From NCBI GenBank assembly GCA_020184695.1, contig JAANOX010000030.1:124001-188000 (forward strand): 64,000 nucleotides of DNA, given 5' to 3'. Under the pieces are notes generated by a model, which made no database searches, was not told the origin of the DNA, and saw only the letters and a program-made list of their open reading frames with translations. Positions within the stretch are counted from its first letter, which is position 1, and each line of letters begins with the position of its first letter. This document shows positions 21,187 through 31,900 of the stretch, in pieces. Both the position numbers and the translations under genes were made by a program. The stretch comes from Histomonas meleagridis 2922-C6/04-290x. Its lineage: Eukaryota; Protista; Parabasalia.

Positions 21187-22179
21187 TTACGGCTCTTTCC
21201 TAGCATGAGTTGGCTTTGCGCCAAATGTTACATTTTCATTCAAAACAAATTCTGAACTATCAAATCTTATACCGATTTCTTCATTTTTTTCACCTTGGAA
21301 GAAACAATTCTCCAAAGAAACAACGGAATCGACAGACTCAATGTAAATTGAATTCGGATCATTTTTACAGTTATTCCCGAAAAATTCACAGTAAGAAAAA
21401 GATGACTCATGAATAACATGGAAAGCACAAAATCCACCAGATCTATGGTCGGCTATGTTATTACTAAAAATTGAAAATTTTAATGTTCTTTTGGATGGCT
21501 TCCATGCAAAATCAAAGAAACCAGCCGAAGTTTTGGCTTCATTGGAGTCGATGACTGAGTTCTCAAATATTCCGCCTCCATGATCACATCTAATTCCACC
21601 ACACCACTCAATTGCTTTGTTATGTGTAATGTTGGTATACTTAACATGTGATAAAAAATTGGTTTTCTCGGTTCCATCAAGCATTAGTCCTCCAATGAAT
21701 TCTGCTTGATTATCAATAACTGTAATTCTAGTAAGGAATATTTGATCCGTTTGAGTATGGTAAGCACCTCCACCAAATCTTGCAGAGTTATTTTGAAATA
21801 TTGAATTAGTGATGTTTACAATATTACATCCATCAGTAAAAATGCCTCCACCTTTGCCTGTGGTTGTACACCCAGTAAACGAACAGCCATAGATAACAAC
21901 ATTACCACCCATATATTTTTTTCTTTTAGTAATTTTTTCATTAGTTAATTTTTTATCAGCATTGGAAATGTAAATTGGAGATCTTAGAAAACTATTAAAT
22001 TTAACATTCTGTGCATAAAGATTGGTTTGGGTAAAAGACAATAAAAATGGAGAAAAAAAATTGGTAAATCTAGAATTAGATATTTGAATATTACTTTGAA
22101 ACATAAACTCTTGACCTGATATTAGAGCAGAATTCTTATAGAATGAATTTAAACATAATGAGATTAATGTTAAATTCAT
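21187..22179 (-). CDS. Right-handed beta-helix (pectin-lyase fold / Pmp-like repeat) protein
   Basis: Repeated GGG(I/A) and FxxNxA motifs (GKGGGIF, FQNNSARFGGGAY, NQAEFIGG, FSNNIADHRSGG). Confidence 0.65.
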   Translation of the reverse strand: MNLTLISLCLNSFYKNSALISGQEFMFQSNIQISNSRFTNFFSPFLLSFTQTNLYAQNVKFNSFLRSPIYISNADKKLTNEKITKRKKYMGGNVVIYGCSFTGCTTTGKGGGIFTDGCNIVNITNSIFQNNSARFGGGAYHTQTDQIFLTRITVIDNQAEFIGGLMLDGTEKTNFLSHVKYTNITHNKAIEWCGGIRCDHGGGIFENSVIDSNEAKTSAGFFDFAWKPSKRTLKFSIFSNNIADHRSGGFCAFHVIHESSFSYCEFFGNNCKNDPNSIYIESVDSVVSLENCFFQGEKNEEIGIRFDSSEFVLNENVTFGAKPTHARKEP

Positions 22180-22261
22180 TCTATTTTTGAATCAGTTTAT
22201 TTCACTTCTTTATGAAGCATTTTTTTAACGATTATATAAATAATATTTTTTAAAAATGGAT

Positions 22262-22333
22262 TCCGATATCGTTCATCGGTTAGGATATGTGGTTTTCATC
22301 CACGGGAGCGGGGTTCGACTCCCCGTATCGGAA
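22262..22333 (+). tRNA. tRNA-Glu (anticodon TTC)
   Basis: 72 nt. Acceptor stem TCCGATA/TATCGGA plus discriminator A. Anticodon arm TGTGG-TTTTCAT-CCACG with TTC at 22295-22297. T arm CGGGG-TTCGACT-CCCCG. Confidence 0.95.
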
Positions 22334-22337
22334 TTAA

Positions 22338-22343
22338 TTTTTT
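22338..22343 (+). terminator. RNA polymerase III oligo-T terminator
   Basis: T6 run starting 5 nt after the tRNA 3' end. Confidence 0.6.
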
Positions 22344-22663
22344 CTTTTTTTAAACAATTTTAATTCATTTGGTTTCAATTTTTTGTTACTAATTTTTCTT
22401 ATTGTGTAATTTAAATTCATGCTTTCAGTGGCTTGATTTTTTGGTGTGAAACTAATTAATTTTTCAGATATAAATTTTCTATTTAAATTGATTAACTTCC
22501 AAATTTGTATCACATAAATATATTCTAGATGTCAAAGTTTTGATCTGTTCGTACATCAAATATAAAATAAGTATTAATGTTTATAGTTCGAATTAAGATG
22601 TGAATTTTTTCTAATTTTAAACGTTCTTGAGTGAAAGTCGAATTAGTAAACGTCCAATTAATA

Positions 22664-24952
22664 ATGGAAGAAAACCTTGGAGGACAAGACCATTCTAATG
22701 ATGCAAGAACCAGACAGGAATTTCAAGAGCTTTTTCACAATTTTCTTTCCACATTTAAGTTACCAAATGAAGATACTCCATATTATGAAAATCAAGTTCA
22801 TGAAATGGTAGATTCTGAACTTACCACACTTTTTGTAGATTTCGAACACATATCTGCTTTCAACTCAGATTTGGCTGATGTAATTCAATTATATTATTAT
22901 CGCTTTGAATCATTACTTCAAAAAGCTCTCCTTGAATTTATCAAAGATGTTGATCCCAAGTATGCGCAGGATGATCGTTCTCTTGGGGAGCGTACATTCT
23001 ATATCTCTATTGTCAATTATCCAATTCAATCAACAATCCGTGATATTCGTGCCTCTGAGATTGGTAAACTTTTCTGTATATCAGGTACAGTGACACGTAC
23101 CTCAGAAGTTCGTCCTGAACTTCTCAAAGGCACTTTCAAATGCAGAATATGCGGAGCCGAAATTCCTAACATTAGTCAAAATTTTCAATATACCGAACCA
23201 ACTTCATGTTCATCCAAGACATGTGGCAACCATACTAAGTTTGAATTACGTACAGACAAATCATTATTTGTAGATTGGCAACGTGTTCTTGTCCAAGAAA
23301 ACCCATCCGAAGTTCCTTCTGGTTCAATGCCCCGTACCATCGAAGTTATCTTACGTAATGATCTTGTCGAAACCACCAAACCTGGTGATCGATGTGTATT
23401 TGTTGGTACCCCAGTCGCAGTACCAGAAATTCCGCGTCGTTCAATAGGTGAACGTCTTCAACTCCAAAAGCCAGGCGGCTTTGAAACCGATGGTGTCACT
23501 GGAGTTCGATCATATGGCTCACGCGAACTTACATATCGATTATCATTTTTAGGCTGTTCAGCGAAACCTATTGAAGATGAAGACGAAGAAACTACGACTG
23601 CAGATGCGGCTGAGATCCGCCAAATCCGTGATAGTTCTGATTTATATGGTAAACTTTCACGATCAATAGCGCCAAACATATATGGACATGATGAAATCAA
23701 AAGAGGTATACTCTTAATGTTACTTGGCGGTGTCCAAAAGATTACTCCTGATAAGATTAAGTTAAGAGGAGACATTAACATATGTATTGTCGGAGATCCA
23801 TCTACAGCTAAATCGCAATTCTTAAAATTCGTCTCAAGTTTTATGCCTCGCGGAATATATACATCAGGGCAATCATCATCAGCTGCAGGTTTGACAGCAT
23901 CGGTAACAAAAGATTCCGAAACAGGCGATTTCACAATCGAAGCAGGCGCAATGATGTTAGCAGATCATGGCGTATGTTGCATTGACGAGTTTGATAAAAT
24001 GAACATTGTTGATCAAGTAGCAATTCATGAAGCTATGGAACAACAAACGATATCTATAGCTAAAGCAGGAATTCATGCGACACTTAATGCGCAGACGTCA
24101 GTGTTAGCAGCTGCTAATCCGATTCATGGTCGATATGATAAATCGAAATCATTACGTGCGAACTTAAACTTAAGTGCGCCGATTATGTCACGTTTTGATC
24201 TTTTCTTTGTCATCATTGATGAATGTAAACCTGAATCAGATGAAAAAATCGCAAATCATATATTTGCAGTACATAGAGAATTAGACACATCACTAACTGG
24301 AGAATACTTTTCACCAGAACAATTACGGAGATATATTAAATATGCGCGTAAATTAGAGCCGAAAATTACTGACGAATCACGTAAAGTATTAATCGAATCA
24401 TATATCGATTTAAGACAAGATGATTCCGTTGGCGTCACACGTTCTTCTTATCGAATTACTGTTAGACAACTCGAAGCATTAATTAGATTAAGTGAAGCAC
24501 TCGCGAAAATGAATCTCGATGAACAAGTTCGACCTGAATATGTTAAAGAAGCAACGCGATTATTAAAGCGTTCGATTATTCAAGTCGAATCTGAGGCAAT
24601 TAATTTGGATATACCTTCGGATCAAGTGAAAGAGATCGAAGATAAACAACAAAGATCAATAACATTCGAACAATATCAAAGAATTGCAAAGTTCGTAATT
24701 ATGCACTTGAGACAAATAGAAGAATTAAAAGAAATGGGAAAAATACAAAAAGATCATATCGAAACTATGGATACAATTGCAGATTGGTGGCTAAAGGAAA
24801 ACGCAGAAACATATGGAAAAGTTGATGAGATTGCAAAAGACGTCGAAATTCTGAAATTAGTAATCGAAAGATTAATTAAAGTAGATAATGTATTACTTGA
24901 AAATGAAACAGATCATTCAATATCAGTTCATCCGAATTACACCGATGAATAA
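22664..24952 (+). CDS. MCM6: DNA replication licensing factor MCM6
   Basis: First ATG (MEENLGG) at 22664. Zn finger C-x2-C...C-x4-C, Walker A GDPSTAKSQFLK (MCM6-type), IDEFDKM and arginine finger APIMSRFDL. Confidence 0.92.
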   Translation: MEENLGGQDHSNDARTRQEFQELFHNFLSTFKLPNEDTPYYENQVHEMVDSELTTLFVDFEHISAFNSDLADVIQLYYYRFESLLQKALLEFIKDVDPKYAQDDRSLGERTFYISIVNYPIQSTIRDIRASEIGKLFCISGTVTRTSEVRPELLKGTFKCRICGAEIPNISQNFQYTEPTSCSSKTCGNHTKFELRTDKSLFVDWQRVLVQENPSEVPSGSMPRTIEVILRNDLVETTKPGDRCVFVGTPVAVPEIPRRSIGERLQLQKPGGFETDGVTGVRSYGSRELTYRLSFLGCSAKPIEDEDEETTTADAAEIRQIRDSSDLYGKLSRSIAPNIYGHDEIKRGILLMLLGGVQKITPDKIKLRGDINICIVGDPSTAKSQFLKFVSSFMPRGIYTSGQSSSAAGLTASVTKDSETGDFTIEAGAMMLADHGVCCIDEFDKMNIVDQVAIHEAMEQQTISIAKAGIHATLNAQTSVLAAANPIHGRYDKSKSLRANLNLSAPIMSRFDLFFVIIDECKPESDEKIANHIFAVHRELDTSLTGEYFSPEQLRRYIKYARKLEPKITDESRKVLIESYIDLRQDDSVGVTRSSYRITVRQLEALIRLSEALAKMNLDEQVRPEYVKEATRLLKRSIIQVESEAINLDIPSDQVKEIEDKQQRSITFEQYQRIAKFVIMHLRQIEELKEMGKIQKDHIETMDTIADWWLKENAETYGKVDEIAKDVEILKLVIERLIKVDNVLLENETDHSISVHPNYTDE

Positions 24953-24995
24953 AAATTAAATATATTGAAAGAATTTTTTATTTAACAAATGTTTG

Positions 24996-27668
24996 TTATT
25001 GTTGAAGTAATTGGACTATTTCTTTATGATCTTGTTTTGTTGCATAAAGAAGTGCTGTTATAAATAATTTGATGATTTTCCATATAATGTTTTGGAATAT
25101 TATAATATTAGTAGAAATATTAAATAGTTGAATAAAAGATTTTTATGATTTATATCAATTCCTGGTTGTTCTATAAGAGTTTTAACAATTTCGATATTAC
25201 CTTTTAAGGAAGCATACATCAATGCTGTATTAAATGATTTAAGTGATTTCCAAATATTATTTTAAAATCAAAAATTATTGAAATAAGTATTAAAAAACAT
25301 AAAATAAAATCACTAGCATTAATAATAATTCCTTCATGCTTAACAAGTAACTCAATAATATCTTTATAACCTTTTTTAGCTGCTAAAATAAGTGCTGTTT
25401 CAAATACTTTTGATAATTTCCAAATATTATTTTGAAATCCAAAATTATTAAAATAAAAACGCAATAAAACAGAAAAACATTAATAGAATTAACATCAATT
25501 TCTTTTCGAATAAGAAGCAATTTAACTATATCTGTATATCCTTTATTAGATGCTTCAATAAGTGCTGTATCAAATAATTTAAATAGTTTCTATATATTAT
25601 TTTGAAATATAAAATTGTAATAATTAACATTTAATAAGACAAAAAAATATTTTTTACATTAATATCAATATCTTTTTGCATTAGAAGTAATTTAACAATA
25701 TCTATGTAACCTTCTCTAGATGAAGTTATAAGTACTGTGTTAAATAATCAAAGTAATTTCCTAATAATATATTGAAATTATAAATTATCAAAGCAAAATG
25801 AAAACATAATAAATAAATAGCTTTAACATTAACATCAATTCCTTCTTTCTCAAGAAGTGATTTGACAATTTCTGTATGTCCACGTGAAGATGCATAAATA
25901 AGTGCTGTTTCAAATTAAATGTATAATTTCCAAATATTATTTTGAAATATCAAAATATCAAAATAAAAATTAAATTTAACAAATAAATGTCTTTAGCATT
26001 AAAATCAATACCTTTTTGTGCAAGAAGTAATTTAACGATTTCTATATAACCACCATAAGATGCTTTCATAAGTGCTGTACCAAATATTATAAGTAATTTC
26101 CATATATTATGTTTAAATATAAAATTGTTTTTAAAAATTCTAAACAAAACAAATAAAAATCTTTAGTATTTATATCAATTCCTTTTTGTTCAATAAGTAA
26201 TTTAATTATTTCTAAGTGGCCATTTATAGATGCGTACATAAGTGCTGCCCAAATTTATTAGAATAAATACCGAATATTATTTAAAAATATTAAATTATTA
26301 AAGTAAATATTAATTAAAACAAATAAATATCTTTATCATTAATATCAAACACATCTTGTTCAAGAAATAATTTGAATAATTCAGTATATCCGTTTTCAGA
26401 TGCATATATAATTGCGTTTTTAAATGTTTTGAATAATTTCCAAAAATTGTTTTGAAACTACAAATTATATTATTAAATTCTATAAAAAATAAAAAATCAT
26501 TTTTTTCTTTGATATTAATATATCCATTCTTTATTAGATAAAGAAAAAGCTCTTTATTTACGTATGTTGGTGATGTTTTATACAAATTTATTGATATTGG
26601 ATTTTTTTCAAGTAAATATTGCAATAGGAATAAATTTCCATTTTTTATTGCTTTGTAGATAAGATATTCATCAATTTTCATTCCATTGTCTAATAAAAAT
26701 GAAAAAATTTCGTAGTTATCATATAAAATACAGAACTTCCCTAATTTTTCCATGTTTTTAATAGTATCTAATTTATTTTCATAAATATATTTAAAAACAT
26801 CATTTCGATGAAAAATAATTGCTATTTCATATGACCATTCAAACAATGCATGATTATGTTCACACAAATGAATGATTTCTTCATTTCCACCTGCAATTGC
26901 ATATTTAATTGTGTTATTTACTTTTTCATTATTCATAAGTAAATATTTAAAACATTTAACTGATCCAAAAAATGCTGCATAATCAATTAGTGGAACATTT
27001 TCTTGATTAACAAAAGAATATCTTTCATAAAGTGATGGTTCAATTGTTTGATTAAAATCAAAATTTGATTGCGATGATATTTCTTGAAGTTTTTCTATTT
27101 CATCATTTCGAATTATTTTTGATATTTCATTTGGATTAACTCCTTCTTTAACATATTTCTTATGAAGTTCAAAATCATTCTTTGAAAGTTCATCAATGTT
27201 CTGTAAAAAGTATTGCGAAAATTGAGCGTTTGGATAAATTTCATTGGTCATATGAGCAAAATAACATGTGGATTTGTTGCTGATGTAATTTTTTGGGTCT
27301 AATAGGTCATTCTCAATCATTTTTTCAATAAGATAATTAGATTCTTGAGAATTAACTAGAAATATGAAATGTGCAAAAGTATCAATGATTTTATAAGAAT
27401 TATTAAAAATATCATTTACTTTGGATTCAAGTTGCTTTAAATATTGAAAACATATATCACTTTGACCTTTCGAAATGAAGTATGAATATATGATTCTACA
27501 AATAGAGAAAATATATGAATAAGGGTATGTTTCATCATAATAAACTAATGATGATTCAACAGATTCATTTATTTTATCGATTTCTAAATTAAAAATGATC
27601 TGTTCAAGGAACACTAATGTGTTAACCGCCTTCCGATTTCCTATTTCATTATTTTGTTTTACATCCAT
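24996..27668 (-). CDS. DUF3447-type ankyrin-repeat protein interrupted by nine 68-nt inserts (conceptual product 686 aa)
   Basis: N-terminal part has LIDYAAFFGSVKCFKYL, AIAGGNEEIIHLCE and AIIFHRNDVFKY. Deleting 68 nt at 26425-26492, 26255-26322, 26085-26152, 25915-25982, 25745-25812, 25575-25642, 25405-25472, 25235-25302 and 25065-25132 leaves 2061 nt = 686 codons plus TAA (24996-24998), ending FITALLYATKQDHKEIVQLLQQ*. Confidence 0.7.
25051..26580 (-). repeat. Tandem array of 170-nt units (102-nt ankyrin exon-like segment plus 68-nt insert)
   Basis: The + strand anchor a(g/a/t)t(g/a)c, encoding the TAL motif, begins at 25051, 25221, 25391, 25561, 25731, 25901, 26071, 26241 and 26411. The units align without gaps. 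Confidence 0.9.
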
Positions 27669-27871
27669 TAGGAAAAAAAAATATTTTTTGGCGATAATTT
27701 GGTCAAATTTTTGAATATATAACCGAAATCATTTCCCACAATTGTAAACTACTCAATAAATTCAAAAAAGTGGAGAAATAAACTTCTAAAAACAGACACC
27801 GATACAGTTCGAATGAAAAAAAATTTAGTTGTGCGAAAAAGAAAAATCAGAATTCTTTACCATAGTCATAA

Positions 27872-28360
27872 TTACTCTAATGATCCTTGTACTGTTGTAC
27901 GATCTTCTTCACTTTTTGCATAGAAATCAGATGCATTGACTTCAAACGAAGGAGGTTCTTTTTGTAATAAGGGTTTTCGTGGAGGCCCAACAACAAAATG
28001 ACATATTAACATGAGTACAAAGACGACCCAAAAGAATACTGAGACAACGATTTGAAACGTATATGATGTTGAAAAAACAAAGAATCCCATAAATAAATAC
28101 ATAATTGCTTTTCCCCAGAATGTGAGAAGAAATGAGAAATATCTGAGTGGAGAAAAGATATAAATTTCGATGAAAATTAGGGCCAAGCTAAATACAATGG
28201 TGAAAAGGGCAAGGATTAAACCATTAACAGTAAAGTGTGTAAAAATACCAACAAGTGCGCACACAATACCTAGAGCACTTACGATGATCGAAATAATCTG
28301 GAGAACGAGTTGAAACACTTCTTTTCCCATTCCAAATGAGCGGAAACAGTTTTTATTCAA
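27872..28360 (-). CDS. COPI-associated / TVP15-like Golgi membrane protein
   Basis: Small four-TM protein with the family motif RYFSFLLTFWGKAIMYLFMG. Confidence 0.7.
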   Translation of the reverse strand: MNKNCFRSFGMGKEVFQLVLQIISIIVSALGIVCALVGIFTHFTVNGLILALFTIVFSLALIFIEIYIFSPLRYFSFLLTFWGKAIMYLFMGFFVFSTSYTFQIVVSVFFWVVFVLMLICHFVVGPPRKPLLQKEPPSFEVNASDFYAKSEEDRTTVQGSLE

Positions 28361-28956
28361 TTTTTTGTGTGTATTGCGGGGGGTTTTTGCGAATTTTTAC
28401 AGTCAAAAAAGTTTGCTTGTCAAGCTGTAATTCCGAACAAAAAATTCTCATAGTCAAAATTGGACAGCAGTGGAGTGATTATCAATTTGCTTGATGTACT
28501 TTCCTTTGTTTTAATTGATTTTAGCTTCTCTTGGTTCTAAGCATATTAAATTTAAAATAATGTATTTCAATTTTGTTTTTTTTGTTATAAAAAAAGTTTC
28601 TTGCTAGGGTTTCTTATAATATGAGCAATTTCATGATGAAAATTCTATATGAATTAGCAAAATTAAGGTGTTTGTTATTGTAAGAATTGTTGATACATCT
28701 CCACTTATATGAATCTTTTCATGATTTCTTATTTATCTGCACCAATTTATTATAAAAATTTTATTCTACATATGTTTACGATGTATTGGTGTTATTTCCT
28801 CATAAATGTTGCAATGATTTTTATCAACATAAAATTTTATTCAACTTCTCGAAGTGTAATATTACTCAGTGTATTTAATATGTTAAAGTTAATAAAACAC
28901 TTATTGATACAATATTCATAAAAATAGTTTTAAAATATTATTTAAAAAACATTTAT

Positions 28957-31900
28957 TTAATAAGAAAGAGAACAAATCATTGCAACGCCTCTTTTGATCC
29001 AATAAGACTCAGGTTTATCAGAAGGTAATTCTATTGTCATTACGTAATTTGTACTATGTCCAGTTGTACTTAATTGCCCTTTTCTTGTACCAATTTTATA
29101 TAGCGGACAATTATAAATTCCATTTTTTGGTGGCTTCCTGTTACTTACTGGTATTAATTTAATTGGCGGCATTTGTTGATATAATTCTTTTGGATTTGGG
29201 TCTGTAATTATCTTTTTATTTCTATCCCAAGCAGCTCCTTCGATAAATAGTCCTTTAATTATCACGCCATCGTTTGGTCTTTCATTGATTTCGTTCTCGT
29301 CATTGATCACATCGAACGCAAATGATACAGTGTCGACTCCAATTTGTGTCTTTCTGGCGTAGTTTTGTTTGATTCCTGTTAGAAATGATTGCTGAATAAA
29401 GAATCCGGAGATCCAATATATTAATGGAGGACCATTTTCTATCCAATCATTAAAGAATTTCACACGTAACTTTAAGTCTATTATCCAAGAAGATAAAGGT
29501 TTTGTTGAAGGATAACCAGAGTTTTCCCATAATTTAGGAACGAAATTATCATAAATTGAATTAGAGATATCTTCTAATTCTTTGTTCATTACGATTATAC
29601 CCTTTAAAGCTTTTAGTAAATCTTTTAATGATTTCGTTACTATAGTTATTAATTTATTAAACATTTCCGTTTGTTGTATTAATACTGTGTTCATTGAGTC
29701 GGAATATTTTTGTGGATATTTTTCACTTATTAATTTTTGATCGAATAATTTTGGTACTTCTTTAATTATATCTTTTGTAAGGTCATAAATTATATTTTCT
29801 TTTGATTGATTTTGATTGTTTACTATTAATTCATTATTCGAAGATTGTAATAATAATAAATTATTAAACATTGAAAACGTTTCATTTTGTTGATAAGTAA
29901 TTTCAGCGTTTGAATGTAATCCAAATAAATCAGGCGAATCATTAATAGGAAATTGTTTTATTGTGTTTAAATACATTTTAATTGATTGTTCAGGTAATGA
30001 TAAATAATTTGGATTCTCCGTAAATTGATAATTATCATTCATAACTTTGGGCGTATAAAAGTCATCAAGAATTGATAATAAAGTTCTTCGATCCCAATCA
30101 TCAGTAACTTTACCACCATAATTAATTTCACCAGTTAAATATTTTAATACTTTAAATGGCACATTTTCATATAAATTCAAAAACATTTTTAATTGTTTTT
30201 GTGATATTTCTAAATCGCCATTATTCCAATCATAAATTTGATTAAATCCTAACGATCCATATTTCCTTCTTTCTAAGATAATCGCATGGAAGAAACATAA
30301 TGCATATATTAACTTATGATATTCAAATAATTTCTTAATATCATTTAACATTTTATCATCAAATTGTGACATTGATTTTAATAAATTAGAACGAATACCT
30401 TTCGGTGGTTCATTTGTCATTTTAATACCTTTTTGTAATATCGAAACTGGAAAATCTTTAGATGGCATTGAAGTTAACCATAATCTAAAATCACGATTAA
30501 TTTCATCTGGTTTAATGTTCTCAATTAACATCTCTAACTTAGGTAACCATGAAATAGCTAAATGACAATTTTGTAATAATAACCAATGCCCTCGATCCAT
30601 AGCTTCTATCATTTTCGCTTCTGCTTTAGGTCCTTGTCCTTGACCTAAAGATATTGATGAGAACTTTTTACCAAATGATTTCTTCTCGGCGAATTTTGTT
30701 AATTCTGATAATGGATCAGCACCTACAGATAATATGAATATTAATGGTGTAGAAACAGTTGAATCTGAAAATGAAGAATTTAAATCAAATTGTGGTGATT
30801 CAAGAAATTGATTACCTAATTTATTTGATATTAATTCTTGGATTGCATTGATGATTGAATCAGGTCGAATAACTCTAAGTATTAAAAGTCGTTGAAACTC
30901 AGTAAGTTTCGATTGCCATTCATTAGGGAAAATACATTTAGACGCGTTTTCTGAATCGAAAATTTCTTTCCATAATTTTATATCTTTAATAAATGAGTTT
31001 AAAAATCCTTTAAAGTTAGGTAATAAATCTAATGATTTAATTTCATTCCAAATTTTGATGGTTATCCAACTTGGATCAGGATTAGGTAATGATTCGATGT
31101 TTTTAGAAGGACCAGAAATCAAAAATCGTAATTCTTCTGAGTTAATTTCATTATTACTTTGCATTATTTTATAACATAATAAAAATGAAAACATTTGTTT
31201 ATGTCGTTCGAACATTGATCTACAAATATTATTATAAAAATTAATAGTAATTGTATTAATTAATGAATTTAATCGAATTTCTAAGTCATCTGAATTAGGT
31301 GTATTATTTATACATAATCCAAAGAATGATATATACCATTCAAGTGAATATTGATACATTGGATCAATTAAAAACAAATTTGATATACAAAAGAATAATA
31401 ACGAACCTCTAAACGCAACTTTTTGATAATTTTGTCGAGATTTATCAATTTCGATTTCAGTTTCTTCTGTTTCTTTAACTTGTTTTTGTATATTTTGTGA
31501 CATTTGATTTGATTCAGTTAATGTATTAATTAATTCTAAATCATCCAAAAGTTTATTAGGATCAGTATTCTCTAATAATGATAACATTTTAGTTTGAATT
31601 TGATGAAGTTTCTTTTTATTTTGTGAATTCTTAATGACTAAAGAAGATTTCATTTCTTCTAAATCAGGTCGTTCTTTAGCTACTGTTAAAGCTAAAAGTT
31701 GTTCTTCTAAACCTGTTTGAGTACAAGTAAAATCTAATAATGAAACTTTAGCAGATAATTCTGGTGAATAATTGGGATTCGGTAATTGAGTTGTAATATA
31801 TAATTTGAAATCCCAATTATAAGGGATAATAGTATCACCTATTTTAATTACATCTGCACCACTTTGTTTATATATTTGTTTTTGTAATATTGGATCTAAG

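Noticed and set aside
25921-25988. U12-type AT-AC intron reading of the insert
   Set aside because: In this unit an AT...AC 68-mer exists, but splicing it gives K-D-I-stop. No ATATCCTT donor or TCCTTAAC branch is present, and the pattern is not shared by other units.
25056-26322. Canonical GT-AG splicing of the ankyrin inserts using the GT near the 5' end and the CAG in ACA-GCA
   Set aside because: That 76-nt removal yields a non-ankyrin frame (F-T-Y-L-C-I). The AG is missing in the 26411 unit and in the 51.6-kb paralog, and the GT is absent in four of nine units.
25051-26580. CRISPR array or simple satellite
   Set aside because: The units are diverged protein-coding ankyrin repeats, not identical repeats with unique spacers; no cas genes; eukaryotic context.
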